This document shows, piece after piece, positions 12,293 through 25,539 of a DNA stretch of 62,475 nt. Both the position numbers and the translations under genes were made by a program. The notes under the pieces are model-generated. The model saw only the letters and a list, made by a program, of their open reading frames with translations, did not search any database and had not been told where the DNA came from. Source of the stretch: Octopus sinensis (taxonomy: Eukaryota); NCBI RefSeq assembly GCF_006345805.1, contig NW_021834267.1, positions 1 through 62,475 on the forward strand, in the 5' to 3' direction. The first letter of the stretch is position 1, and every line of letters starts with the position of its first letter.

Positions 12293-12474
12293 ATAATATA
12301 TCAAATAATAATAGTAATAATAAAGATAATAATAATAATAAATAATAATAATAAATAATAATAATAAATAATAATAATAATAATAATAATAAAGATAGGT
12401 TATAACAAAAGTGTGGATAATTTTTTACTTCCCCTCATATATATATATGTGTGTATATATGTATATGTATGTTA

Positions 12475-12705
12475 TAGGCGGCAAGCTGGCAGAAACGTTA
12501 GCGCGCCAGGCGAAATGCTTAGCAGTATTTCATCTGTCATTACGTTTTGGGTTCAAATTCCGCCGAGGTCGACTTTACCTTTCATCCTTTCGGGGTCGAT
12601 AAATTAAGTACCAGTTACGCACTGGGGTCGATATAATCAACTTAAACCGTTTGTCTGTCCTTGTTTGTCCCCTCTGTGTTTAGCCTCTTTTGGATAGTAA
12701 AGAAA
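12475..12705 (+). mobile_element. tRNA-derived SINE family B (also + 7425-7635, 56775-57005; - tandem pairs at 23985-24375 and 37320-37720)
   Basis: A box tggcagaaacgttag, B box gttcaaattcc, central domain gcctttcatcctttcggggtcgataaattaagtaccag. Confidence 0.75.
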
Positions 12706-12959
12706 TATATGTGTATATGTATGTATATATGTATATACATATGTGTATATATATATATGTTTGTGTATATATCTACACACACACCCACTTCCTGGCCTCT
12801 TTTACTATAATCATCATCATCACCACCATCATCTTTGCCCTCCCTTCCTGACCACCACTGCCAATAACATCAAAGTTAGAACCATTTTGCCACTCTGCCA
12901 CAGCCGTCCTCTCAACACCACCATCATCTTCCTCATCATTACCATCGCCAAAACAACCA

Positions 12960-13530
12960 TCTCCACTACCACCACTACAACCACCAACACACCATCACCA
13001 CCACCACAACCACCACCATCCCCACCACCACAGCCACCAACACACCATCACTGCCACCAACATCACCACCACCATCACCACCACCACAACCACCAACACA
13101 CCATCACCACCACCACAACCACCAACACACCATCACCACCACCACAGCCACCAACACACCATCACCACCACCACAACCACCAACACACCATCACCACCAC
13201 CACAACACACCATCACTGCCACCAACATCACCACCACCATCACCACCACCACAACCATCAACACACCATCACCACCACCACAACCACCAACACACCAACA
13301 TCACCACCACCACAACCGCCAACAAACCATCACTGCCACCACCATCACCACCACCACAACCACCACCACAACCACCAACATCACCACCATCATCACCACC
13401 ACCACAACCACCAACACACCATCACCACCACCACAGCCACCAACATACCATCACCACCACCAACATCACCACCACCACCACCACCACCACCATCATCACT
13501 GCCAACGTTACAACCACCACCGCCTCCACC
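12960..13530. repeat. (CAC/ACC)n-rich intronic repeat (similar at 14575-14860)
   Basis: Directly visible. Confidence 0.9.
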
Positions 13531-13580
13531 ATTTTCACTACATTGTTATAACTGTTGTTGTTGTTGTTGTTGTCTTTCAG

Positions 13581-13823
13581 TGCTTATAGTCGGACTGGTG
13601 ATCACGGCCGTACTGCTACTGACCATCGTCGGAATCCTGCTGATGTGTTTCCTGAAGAAAGGCGACCGCTACCCGTTAGGCAAGGGCGAAGATGTTGAGC
13701 TGAAGGAGCCATTGCACCCGGTGGGCAATCACACCCCGTCCAGTCCTGCCCCGGTCAACAACCACAACAATCACATGGCCACCTTTGATGAGTTTAGTAT
13801 GATCACGACCCTCCTAAACAACG
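13581..13823 (+). CDS. Transmembrane exon: VLIVGLVITAVLLLTIVGILLMCFLKKGDRYPLGKGEDVELKEPLHPVGNHTPSSPAPVNNHNNHMATFDEFSMITTLLNN
   Basis: gtctttcag acceptor, cg|gtgagt donor; 243 bp, phase 1 to 1. A hydrophobic stretch of about 25 aa followed by a KK stop-transfer signal. Confidence 0.92.
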
Positions 13824-13899
13824 GTGAGTCCAAACCCCGGCTCTTCTCTTTTCCCGTTTCTTCGGGGCCCCACTTCCTGCCTTTCTTTTTTTAGGAGCA

Positions 13900-14278
13900 C
13901 TCCGTCGGTCACAACGATGAGGGTCCCAGCTGATACGATCAACAGAACAGCTTGCTCGTGGAATTAACGTGTAAGTGGCTGAGCACTCCACAGACACGTG
14001 TACCATTAACGTAGTTCTCGGGGATATTCAGCGTGACACAGAGAGTGACAAGGCCGGCCCCTTGAAATACAGGTACAACAGAAACAGGAAGTAAGAGTGA
14101 GAGAAAGTTGTGGTGATGAAAGAGTACAGCAGGGATCACCACCATCCCCTGCCGGAGCCTCGTGGAGCTTTAGGTGTTTTCGCTCAATAAACACTCACAA
14201 CGCCCGGTCTGGGAATCGAAACCGCGATCCTATGACCACGAGTCCGCTGCCCTAACCACTGGGCCATTGCACCTCCAC
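13900..14278 (-). mobile_element. tRNA-derived SINE family C, minus strand, longer copy
   Basis: 14062-14278 is a near-perfect reverse complement of 12079-12292. Confidence 0.8.
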
Positions 14279-14888
14279 TCCTGCCTTTCACACACATGCC
14301 TGCATGTGTCTCTTTGTTCCCACATGTGATTATTGCCATGTTGCACATGCAAGCCGTGGCCTAGTGGTTCGGGTGTTCGGCTCACGATCACAGGTCATCT
14401 GTTCAATTCCTGGTCAGTGCATTCTGTCCTTGAGCAAGTCACTTTATTTCACAATGCTCCCGTCCACTGAGATGGCAAGAATGAGCTGTGCCTGTCTTTC
14501 AAAGGGTCAGCCTTGTCACACTCTGTGTCTTGCTGAATCTCTCTCAGGGTACACATGTCGTGGAGTACTCAGCCACTGCTGCTGCTACTACTACTACTAC
14601 TACCACCACTACCGCTAATACCACAACCATCACTACTATCACTGCCACTACTACCACAACCACCCCCATTACTGTCACTACTACTACTACTACTTCTGTC
14701 GTTACTACTAAAAACCATTACCTCTACTACCACCACTACCACATCCACTACTACAACCATCACAACCACCACCACCACCTCTACCACTACCACCACAACC
14801 ACTACCATTACTACCACCACCACAACCACTACCACCACTACCACCACCACCACCACCACTGCTACTACATGACTATTTCCTATTCCAG

Positions 14889-14953
14889 GGGTAGACATAC
14901 CAGCGAAAGACAACAGCTACGACCCAGCCAACAGATTCTCCAGCTCCAGTATA
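14889..14953 (+). CDS. Cytoplasmic exon: (G)VDIPAKDNSYDPANRFSSSSI
   Basis: tattccag acceptor, ata|gtaagt donor; 65 bp, phase 1 to 0. Confidence 0.8.
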
Positions 14954-15631
14954 GTAAGTACCTCACCCTCTCTACTTATTTCCGCCACATCCTGCTCCCC
15001 ACCCATACCAATATTTCCACCTCTGCCTCATTCCATCTCTTCTGCCCCAACGCTGTACTGCTACCCATGTATGTCTACTTTACCTCACCTCTTGTTACCC
15101 TTACTCACACTCTTACTCACAACTCGACCACACCTTAATGACTTCTTTCCCCATTACTCTGCCTCGACTCACAACCTTGCCTTTACTCTGTGTTACCCCT
15201 CTGGGTACCTCTTACCCACTTAAATCTCCTCTACACCACTTCGTACTAGGTCTGTCCACCTTATTTAATTCTACCTCACCCCTACTCTGCATTACCCCTG
15301 GGTACCTCTTACCCACTTAAATCTCTTCTATATTGCATCAACTGGTTCTCTTTACCTCTACCCTATATCTCTGTAGCTACCTCCATGACCACTACTTCAG
15401 AGCTGAGGCAATGTAGACAGTGGCTAGTGTGCACACACACGTTTCCTCGTTTAGTTGTTGTTATTGTTCTTTGTTGCTGGTCATGTTTATTTTTTACCCC
15501 TAAATGTGTGTGTGTGTGTGTGTGGTTAAGATAAACATTTACCGTAAATACAAGTTATTGTATGCTTTTTCATATATATATATAATATATACATATACAC
15601 ACATTCATATGTATATATATTATATTATATA

Positions 15632-15664
<33 letters not shown>

Positions 15665-16085
15665 CATGCATATATATATATATATACATGCATATGTATA
15701 TATATATATACATGCATATGTGTATATATATATATATGGCATATGTATATATATATATATAGATAGATAGATAGATATGAAGAAAGAATTGTATTAGATT
15801 TACGCTCATGAAAAATAGAAAGGAAAGTCTTACAATGGACTTCTACAGAAACAATAGACAAAGAGAGAAACCTATTAAGGTTTGAAATGTGTGTATATAT
15901 GTATATGAATATGTGTGTGTATATATATCATATATATACATATATATATATATATGTGTATATATGTATATATATGTATATGTATATATATATATATTAA
16001 TATATATAATAATATATATATAATTATATTATATATATATATACATGTATATATATGTATAAATATATATATGTATGTATATATA

Positions 16086-16137
<52 letters not shown>

Positions 16138-16164
16138 ATATATGTAAATATATATGTATGTATA

Positions 16165-16229
<65 letters not shown>

Positions 16230-17532
16230 ATATATATATATGTATAATATATATATATATATAATATCTATATATAGATATATCATATATATATATATAT
16301 GTATATATCATATATTGTATATTGAAATCAAAATCAAAATCGCTGACGTGGTCAATGACAGTAACGCCTGATTGCTACTTGTGCCAGTGGAACGTTAAAA
16401 GCACATCCAAATGTGGGGTGTAACCAGCCCACTTATGAGTACCCCTGATTCATTGGACTATAAACTTTGCTTGCAAAGACCTATTGAGGCAAGTGAAATC
16501 AAATCAAAATCATTCTGATGACAGTACCGCCTGATTGTCACTCATGCCAGTGGAAGGTAAAAACACATCCGAGCATGATCGTTGCCAGGGCCACAGATTG
16601 GCTCCCGTGTTGGCGGAGCGTAAAAAGCACCATTCAAGCGTGATTGTTGCCAGCGTCGCCTTACCGACACATGTGCTGGTGGCACATGAAAAACAACTTT
16701 CGGGCGTGGTCATTGCCAGTGCCACTGGACTGGCTCCCATGCAGGTAGCATGGAAAAAAACACCTTTTGGGCATTGTCATTGCCAGAACCGCTTGACTGG
16801 CCCTCGTGCCGGTAGCATGTAAAAGCACCCACTACACTCTCGGAGTGGTCGGTGTTAGGAAGGGCATCCAGCTGTAGAAACACTGCCAGATCAGATTGGA
16901 GCCTGGTGCAGCCATCTGGTTCACCAGTCCTCAGTCAACCATCCAATCCATGTCAGTGTGGAAAGCAGACATTAAACGGCGATGATGATGTCTGTGTGTG
17001 TATATAAGATATGTCATATGTATATAGAAAATTATTGTTTGTAAATCTCTCAACGAGAGGCATTCAGAAAAACTACTCTAGAGTAAAGATTATTTGCCAA
17101 CATAGGCGCAGGAGTGTTTGTGTGGTAAGTAGCTTGCTAACCAACCACATGGTTCCGGGCTCAGTCCCACTGCGTGGCATCTTGGGCAAGTGTCTTCTAC
17201 TATAGCCTCGAGCCGACCAATGCCTTGTGAGTGAATTTGGTAGACGGAAACTGAAAGAAGCCTGTCGTATATATGTATATATATATATATATATATATGT
17301 ATGCGTGTATGTTTGTGTGTCTGTGTTTGTCCCCCTAGCATTGCTTGACAACCGATGCTGGTGTGTTTACGTCCCCGTCACTTAGCGTCCCCGTCACTTA
17401 GAATAAGTACTGGGCTTACAAAGAATAAGTCCCGGGGTCGATTTGCTCGACTAAAGGCGGTGCTCCAGCATGGCCGCAGTCAAATGACTGAAACAAGTAA
17501 AAGAAAAAAATAAATAAATAACATGTCAGTCC

Positions 17533-17776
17533 TGTTACAGTTATTTAGCCCCAGAAAACATTGTCTCCAGCTATCTGCTATCTGTTCCTTATATTTTCGA
17601 AAGGGAGTTTTAGCATCCCCACTGATGAAGGGAAATAACACAGAAATCGTGATACACAGATATTGATTTGTGCTGAGTGGGGAGGCGAAAAGTCCCTTGT
17701 TCGAAAATATAAGGACACTGATAGTGTGTTGCATATCCAGCTGGAGGCAATGTTTCCAGGGGCTAAATAACAGTAA
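17533..17776. mobile_element. MITE-like fold-back element
   Basis: Imperfect inverted arms of about 90 bp (ttatttagcccc..cattgtctccagct / agctggaggcaatg..ggggctaaataa; ccttatattttcgaa / ttcgaaaatataagg). Confidence 0.6.
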
Positions 17777-17935
17777 TATTTGTCCTAACCAGGGCTGCCA
17801 CATTATGTCGGTCAATTGTTTGTTTGTTGATCATAAGTTTTCTCCATTTTCTGCAGATCTGAATTATGTATACATATATATATATGTGTGTGTGTGTGTG
17901 TATATATATAATATATATATTATATATATATATAT

Positions 17936-17968
<33 letters not shown>

Positions 17969-18115
17969 GTATATATATAGATAATATGTATATATATGTA
18001 TATGTATATATATATATATGTATATAATATATATATGATAAATATATATATATATAATATATAATATATATATATATAATGTCTATATATATATATATAA
18101 TATGTATAATATATA

Positions 18116-18163
<48 letters not shown>

Positions 18164-18619
18164 TATATATATATATATATCATATATATATATATATTAT
18201 ATATATATATATCTTCATATACATAAATATATATCATATATGTATATCGTATACATATAGATATATAACCAATGCTAGCATGGAAAGCAGACGTGAAACA
18301 ATGATGATGATGATGACTAAAGGCAGTGCTCCAGCATGGCCATAGTCAAATGACTGAAACAAATAAGAGAATATATATATATATGTATGTGTGGTGTGTG
18401 TGTGTGTGTGTGTGCGCGTATTCTGTTGTGTCTGGGAAGAGTCATTTTCTTTTTGTACCTTATATTTTAACACATTCACTAGTAAAATTTCCACTTATTT
18501 CTTATTTTTATTTTTCTAAAATTTTCAACCTTTACAATAGTTTTGACTCTTTATATATATCATATATCTAATATATATACATATATAATATATATATCTA
18601 TATATATATAATCTATATA

Positions 18620-18651
<32 letters not shown>

Positions 18652-18848
18652 GTATCCATATATTTATCATATTATATATATATATGGTTGTATCATATAT
18701 GTGTATAACACCCCACACACACAACACATTCCTATTTATGGCTGAAAATCTTCAAACTTTCACAAGTTTGGTTTGTTAAAGATTCTTCGTTTTGAAAACT
18801 TTTTAAAGATTGCCTGCAACTATTATTGTTGTTCTTGTGATTATTTCT

Positions 18849-18881
<33 letters not shown>

Positions 18882-19322
18882 ACAATATGTTGAATATTAG
18901 AATACATGGCACCCCACTTTTTTAAGTTGCAAAATTCTGATAACACCTCTGTATTTTTTATGCCACACATTTGTTGCCATTTTATGTTACACATTTTATG
19001 TTACAACAAGTGTTTCAAGTGTGTGTGACACTCTCTCTGCTACATATTTATTCTGTGACTTTGAAGTGTATACCAATATGTGTTTTATATGCATTGTTAT
19101 CTTTAATTTCCATATTTATTGTTGTTGTTGTCTAATCATGTTGTACACTGACTGAACTGTATGTAACATTTCCCTGTTACATTTGTTGTGTTACACATAT
19201 TCACTTTTTTCGTTACATATCTACTCTTATGTTCACCTTTTTTGTTTATATATTCACAACCTCGTAGTTATGCTCTGGCATGTAACGATGTGTTACTAGT
19301 AACTCTGCTACATTCACAGATA

Positions 19323-21240
19323 TGTTACATGTCTATTACAGATCTGTTACATGTCTGTTACACATCTGTTACATGTCTAGTTGGTCGTGATTAGCTCAAC
19401 ACATCTTGTCTGTTACAGATCTGTTAACATGTCTGTTACACATCTGTTACATGTCTAGTTGGTCGTGATTAGCTCAACACATCTTGTCTGTTACACATCT
19501 GTTAACATGTCTGTTACACATCTGTTACATGTCTAGTTGGTCGTGATTAGCTCAACACATCTTGTCTGTTACAGATCTGTTACATGTCTGTTACACATCT
19601 GTTGCATGTCTAGTTGGTCGTGATTAGCTCAACACATCTTGTCTGTTACAGATCTGTTACATGTCTGTTACACATCTGTTACATGTCTAGTTGGTCGTGA
19701 TTAGCTCAACACATCTTGTCTGTTACAGATCTGTTACATGTCTGTTACACATCTGTTGCATGTCTAGTTGGTCGTGATTAGCTCAACACATCTTGTCTGT
19801 TACAGATCTGTTACATGTCTGTTACACATCTGTTACATGTCTAGTTGGTCGTGATTAGCTCAACACATCTTGTCTGTTACAGATCTGTTACATGTCTGTT
19901 ACACATCTGTTACATGTCTAGTTGGTCGTGATTAGCTCAACACATCTTGTCTGTTACAGATCTGTTACATGTCTGTTACACATCTGTTGCATGTCTAGTT
20001 GGTCGTGATTAGCTCAACACATCTTGTCTGTTACAGATCTGTTACATGTCTGTTACACATCTGTTGCATGTCTAGTTGGTCGTGATTAGCTCAACACATC
20101 TTGTTTGTTACAGATCTGTTACATGTCTGTTACACATCTGTTACATGTCTAGTTGGTCGTGATTAGCTCAACACATCTTGTTTGTTACAGATCTGTTACA
20201 TGTCTGTTACACATCTGTTACATGTCTAGTTGGTCGTGATTAGCTCAACACATCTTGTCTGTTACAGATCTGTTACATGTCTGTTACACATCTGTTGCAT
20301 GTCTAGTTGGTCGTGATTAGCTCAACACATCTTGTCTGTTACAGATCTGTTACATGTCTGTTACACATCTGTTGCATGTCTAGTTGGTCGTGATTAGCTC
20401 AACACATCTTGTCTGTTACAGATCTGTTACATGTCTGTTACACATCTGTTACATGTCTAGTTGGTCGTGATAGCTCAACACATCTTGTCTGTACAGATCT
20501 GTTACATGTCTGTTACACATCTGTTGCATGTCTAGTTGGTCGTGATTAGCTCAACACATCTTGTCTGTTACAGATCTGTTACATGTCTGTTACACATCTG
20601 TTACATGTCTAGTTGGTCGTGATTAGCTCAACACATCTGTGTCTGTTACAGATCTGTTACATGTCTGTTACAACATCTGTTACATGTCTAGTTGGTCGTG
20701 ATTAGCTCAACACATCTTGTCTGTTACAGATCTGTTACATGTCTGTTACACATCTGTTGCATGTCTAGTTGGTCGTGATTAGCTCAACACATCTTGTCTG
20801 TTACAGATCTGTTACATGTCTGTTACACATCTGTTGCATGTCTAGTTGGTCGTGATTAGCTCAACACATCTTGTTTGTTACAGATCTGTTACATGTCTGT
20901 TACACATCTGTTACATGTCTAGTTGGTCGTGATTAGCTCAACACATCTTGTTGTTACAGATCTGTTACATGTCTGTTACACATCTGTTACATGTCTAGTT
21001 GGTCGTGATTAGCTCACACATCTTGTTTGTTACAGATCTGTTACATGTCTGTTACACATCTGTTACATGTCTAGTTGGTCGTGATTAGCTCAACACATCT
21101 TGTCTGTTACAGATCTGTTACATGTCTGTTACACATCTGTTGCATGTCTAGTTGGTCGTGATTAGCTCAACACATCTTGTCTGTTACAGATCTGTTACAT
21201 GTCTGTTACACATCTGTTGCATGTCTAGTTGGTCGTGATT
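19323..21240. repeat. 77-bp minisatellite, about 25 near-identical copies
   Basis: Unit = four 11-mers (gttacagatct/gttacatgtct/gttacacatct/gttacatgtct) + agttggtcgtgattagctcaacacatcttgtct. Confidence 0.95.
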
Positions 21241-22322
21241 AACCTTGGCGTCTGATCTGGTCATGTCACATATGTATGCATGTGGTGCATCATAATTTTC
21301 TTGTGAACCTGTGTCACTTTTAGTTACATAGTTGTGTCAGTCAATTCTCTTATTCACTGTGTGTATAAAATGTGTTACATATCTGAAGCAGTCACGTATG
21401 AATTTTGTAACACACTTTTTGTGTTGTGTATGTAATAAGTTATATCATTATTTGTGTATATTACACATAGATGCAGTATGTCACAAACATTGTTTTGTAT
21501 CTGTTACATGCTACATGTCTCTGTTACATGAAGATGTTGCAAATATTTGCAGTTACATATCTGCAATTTTCTTATTCAGGAGATTGTCATATCATATATG
21601 AGAAATACTTAGTTACAGAGTAACTTTGTGACACAGTGCTTGTGTAACATGCTATTTTTATAGCATTGTGCATGTTACATGTGACAGGCCTGTTGCATAA
21701 CTGCCATATTATGCAGTCACTGTGTTACTCATGTGACACAGGTGCTCCTACAGATTCCCAAGATTAATTCTATTACAAACGTATAACAGGTGTTTTCTGT
21801 AACACAGCAGCTACGTTACATGTGTCATAGTCACTGTGCTACACAACCAAGAGCTATATTACACATACACTTGTGTAATTATGATTGCATGTAACAGCAG
21901 ATATAGTATCTCTGTGTTACACCTTCTCTGTGATACATACCTGCATGTGTTACATATGCATCGCAGTTCTGTTTGGCATGCAGCTTCTGTGTTACCTACA
22001 GTTACGTTACATGTGTGACAGGCTCTTTGAATATGTTTTATTTTTCCCTATCCACCCCCACAAACATACACACGAGGTAGAGTGTTTTGTCATGATTTTC
22101 GATTTTGCGTTGTGGGTTAGTCTGGAAAAGTTGTGAATGGACATCAAAATAACAGGTGTAAAGTCTAAGAACTTTGCAACGATATCTTCTGTCTTCACAA
22201 ATGCATCGTAAAATGGAAACAAGTGTGAAAGAAACGCCTCTGCTTATTTCTTAGCTATAAAATACAGTTTCCTCATCAGATAGCTTTGAAATGACTGTGA
22301 TAAAATTAGTCTAAAATGTGAC

Positions 22323-22551
22323 TTAACCCTTTAGTGTTCAGATTATTCTCTCAAATGTGATATTTGTTTATTTATATTATTTTGAATTAATCATGCATTA
22401 TCTTGTAGTTTAGAGATTTCAGTGATGTGGTTTTTTTAGCTTTAGAATGACATGGTAGGGCTGAGTTAAGAGGCAAGATCTGGTCAGTTTCAATATAAAA
22501 CAGGTTAAATATTCTGGCCGGATATGGCCGGTTTGAATGCTAAAGGGTTAA
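22323..22551. mobile_element. piggyBac-type MITE (second copy 23443-23671)
   Basis: TTAA-CCCTTTAG...CTAAAGGG-TTAA ends on both 229-bp copies with homologous interiors. Confidence 0.75.
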
Positions 22552-25348
22552 ATATGGTGTTTTTCTGTGACATTATCTTCTGCCTTCACAAACACCTCAA
22601 AATATGCAAAAATCAATATCCATAAATCTGAAATGCGAAAAGTTTGTCTGGTTTTGGCATTGGAACGGGTTAAAGGGTACTTGATCCTGTCGGATTGACC
22701 CCAAAATTTACAGGGACATGTAAAATGAGGTGAGGATGTGAGTGGGCTAGGTTAGAAATCCCTATCTTAAAACGTGTGATTACTAGGGCAAAAACACACA
22801 CACTTTGACAAGTCTCCTCTCATTTTCTTATCTGTCTGTCTTCCTCCATCTCTCTCTCTCTTTCCTCCCTTACTTTCAATTTCTCTCTATAATATCGTTT
22901 GACAGCGTCTACTATCCTCAGATTCTATCCCTTCAAACTTTGGTTTCCAATATTTTTTTTATTTTTATTCAGCTCACAAATTCGTCTGTCCCCTTTAAAT
23001 GTTAGTGTTTTGCTGTCTGCCTTGAAGCAGACCTTTCCGTTGCCACTGCCTGATAATTATGATTGATCTTTCAAAATATTTTATTTCTCAACTTACTCAA
23101 GATCTTTTGTTGTTTATAAATGGGAGAGAGATAGATAGAGAAAGATAGAGAGTAAGTGAAAGCGAGGAAGAGTCCAAGAGAAAGGGAGAGTAAGAGAGTG
23201 GGAAAGTGAGAGAGAAAGGAGAGAGAAACAAAGAGGGAGAATGTGGTGATAAAAAACAGAATGGAAGCAACAGAAAGTAACAACCACACTCTTACCCGTG
23301 CGTAGAGCGGGTCACCTTGAGCTAGTATTATATATATATTGTGATTTATCGAATTCAGAAAATGTTCCATGCAGGTGTAAATTGCTGTAAACCTGTGTCC
23401 CTCGTTGTGGAGGCAGAAGACGAAGTCACCAAAAGACCATGGTTAACCCTTTAGGGTTCACATTATTCTGCCAAAATGAATCCTTTTTTATCCACATTGT
23501 TTTGAACTAATCAGGCATTATCTTGTAGCTATGAGATTTTGATGAGGTAGCTGTTAATTTTTAAAGCGATATTGTAGGGTTGGTGTGAGAGACCAGATCT
23601 AGCCAGTTTGAACATAAAACAAGCAGAATACTTTTGGCCAGATATGGCCGGTTTAAATACTAAAGGGTTAATTCATATTTTCGAGTAATTTCATGGCAAT
23701 CATTTAAAAAGCTGCCTCAAGAAGATGCACAAAAAACTGTATTTTATAGTGAACTAGCGGAGAGGCCACACTCTGTAGATTTTTAAGCTAGCCCCTGTGG
23801 AGGGCTAATTGGTCCTGTGGCCCAGAGCTAAAGACAGCTAAATAGCATGACTATAATACATCTGTAATGACTATATGACTCGGTGGTTAAGGACAGATGA
23901 GAATTAATTCTGTAATGTAGTTATTCTGTTGTTCCAGTCTCAAGTTGAACCTCATCTTTTGGCCAATTTCTCTCAAAGTTCTTATCTTATTTCTAAACAC
24001 AGAGAGGGCAAACAAGGACAGACAAAGGGATTAAGTCGATTACATCGACAACAGTGCGTAACTGGTACTTTATTTATCGACCCCGAAAGGATGAAAGGCA
24101 AAGTCAACATCGGCGGAATTTGAACTCAGAACGTAACGGCAGACGAAATACCTATTTCTTTACTGCCCACAAGGGGCTACACACAGAGGGGACAAACAAG
24201 GACAGACAAAGGGATTAAGTTGATTACATCGACAACAGTGCGTAACTGGTACTTAATTTATTGACCCCGAAAGGATGAAAGGCAAAGTCAACCCCGGCGG
24301 AATTTGAACTCAGAACGTAGCAGCAGACGAAGTACCACTAAGCATTTCGCCCAGTTTGCTCACGTTTCTGCCAGCTCGCCACCTTTCAAAGTTCTCATCT
24401 TGCCATAGAATTAATGAAGCAAATATCACTTATCTCCCCCCTCGATCTCTGACATTACTTGATAAATGCCAACCGAGATGGCATGAATCAGCCAAGCTTT
24501 ACCTGCTAGAAATAGCAACTAAAATACCTTTCAATCAGATCCCAATGCTGGATGTTCAAGACCCAAATGAAGGGCAGATTTTCAACCCCGGGATCATCCT
24601 GATCCCAAAGATGTATAATATGTCTATGTAGGGCAAATGTAGGCCGAGATAAAGGGGTTCCATATTAAGGGACAGACAGAACTTTGCTTTTGTAGAAGTG
24701 TTTTTTTTTCCCCACTTTTCTCGTGGTAAGTAGCTTGCTAACCAACCACATGGTTCCGGGTTCAGTCCCACTGCGTGGCATGTTGGGCAAGTGTCTTCTG
24801 CTATAGCCTCGGGCCGACCAATGCCTTGTGAGTAGATTTGGTAGATGGAAACTGAAAGAAGCCCGTCGTATATATGTATATATATAAGTGTGTGTGTATA
24901 TGTTTGTGTGTCTGTGTTTGTCCCCCTAGCATTGCTTGACAACCGATGCTGGTGTGTTTACGTCCCCGTCACTTTGCGGTTCGGCAAAAGAGACCGATAG
25001 AATAAGTACTGGGCTTACAAAAAGAATAAGTCCTGCCGGGGTCGATTTGCTCGACTAAAGGCAGTGCTCCAGCATGGCTGCAGTCAAATGACTGAAACAA
25101 GTAAAAGAGTAAAAGAGTAAAGAGAGTATTTGTGGAGACCAGAAGATATTGTTGCAGAGTTCTTAGATTCTACATCAGTTACTTTGATGTCCATTCACAC
25201 CGTATCTGCACCCCACCCACCCCCCATCACAAAATCGGAAACTGTGAAGAAACCCTCCACCCTAACGCACACAGACTTTGTTTCTTTTTCCTTTTCTTTT
25301 CTTTGCTGTAAATTAAAATTGTTGACACTAAATTTCTGTCTCTTTCAG

Positions 25349-25372
25349 CCACCTCTAGCTACGTCTATCTGA
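25349..25372 (+). CDS. Candidate alternative terminal exon PPLATSI*
   Basis: Good acceptor (tttctgtctctttcag), phase 0 matching exon 14889-14953, stop TGA, AATAAA at 25515-25520. Confidence 0.3.
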   Translation, partial: PPLATSI

Positions 25373-25380
25373 CATACTCT

Positions 25381-25415
<35 letters not shown>

Positions 25416-25428
25416 CATCTCTTTCTTC

Positions 25429-25468
<40 letters not shown>

Positions 25469-25539
25469 TCTTTCTCTCTCTCAACCCATCGACTGATCAA
25501 CATGTCACACTGATAATAAACCAGAAACAGCAGCCAAGC

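Noticed and set aside
12743-13580. Open frame running into the TM exon (Thr/Pro/His-rich), suggesting an extended stalk
   Set aside because: CAC/ACC repeats cannot produce stops; a good acceptor at 13580 already fits the upstream exon's phase.
19323-21240. CRISPR-like array
   Set aside because: Units are identical end to end with no unique spacers; eukaryotic context and no cas genes.
22906-22942. Micro-exon RLLSSDSIPSNF after a long pyrimidine tract
   Set aside because: Weak donor (gtttcc), and its phase 1 end does not match the next exon at 36733.
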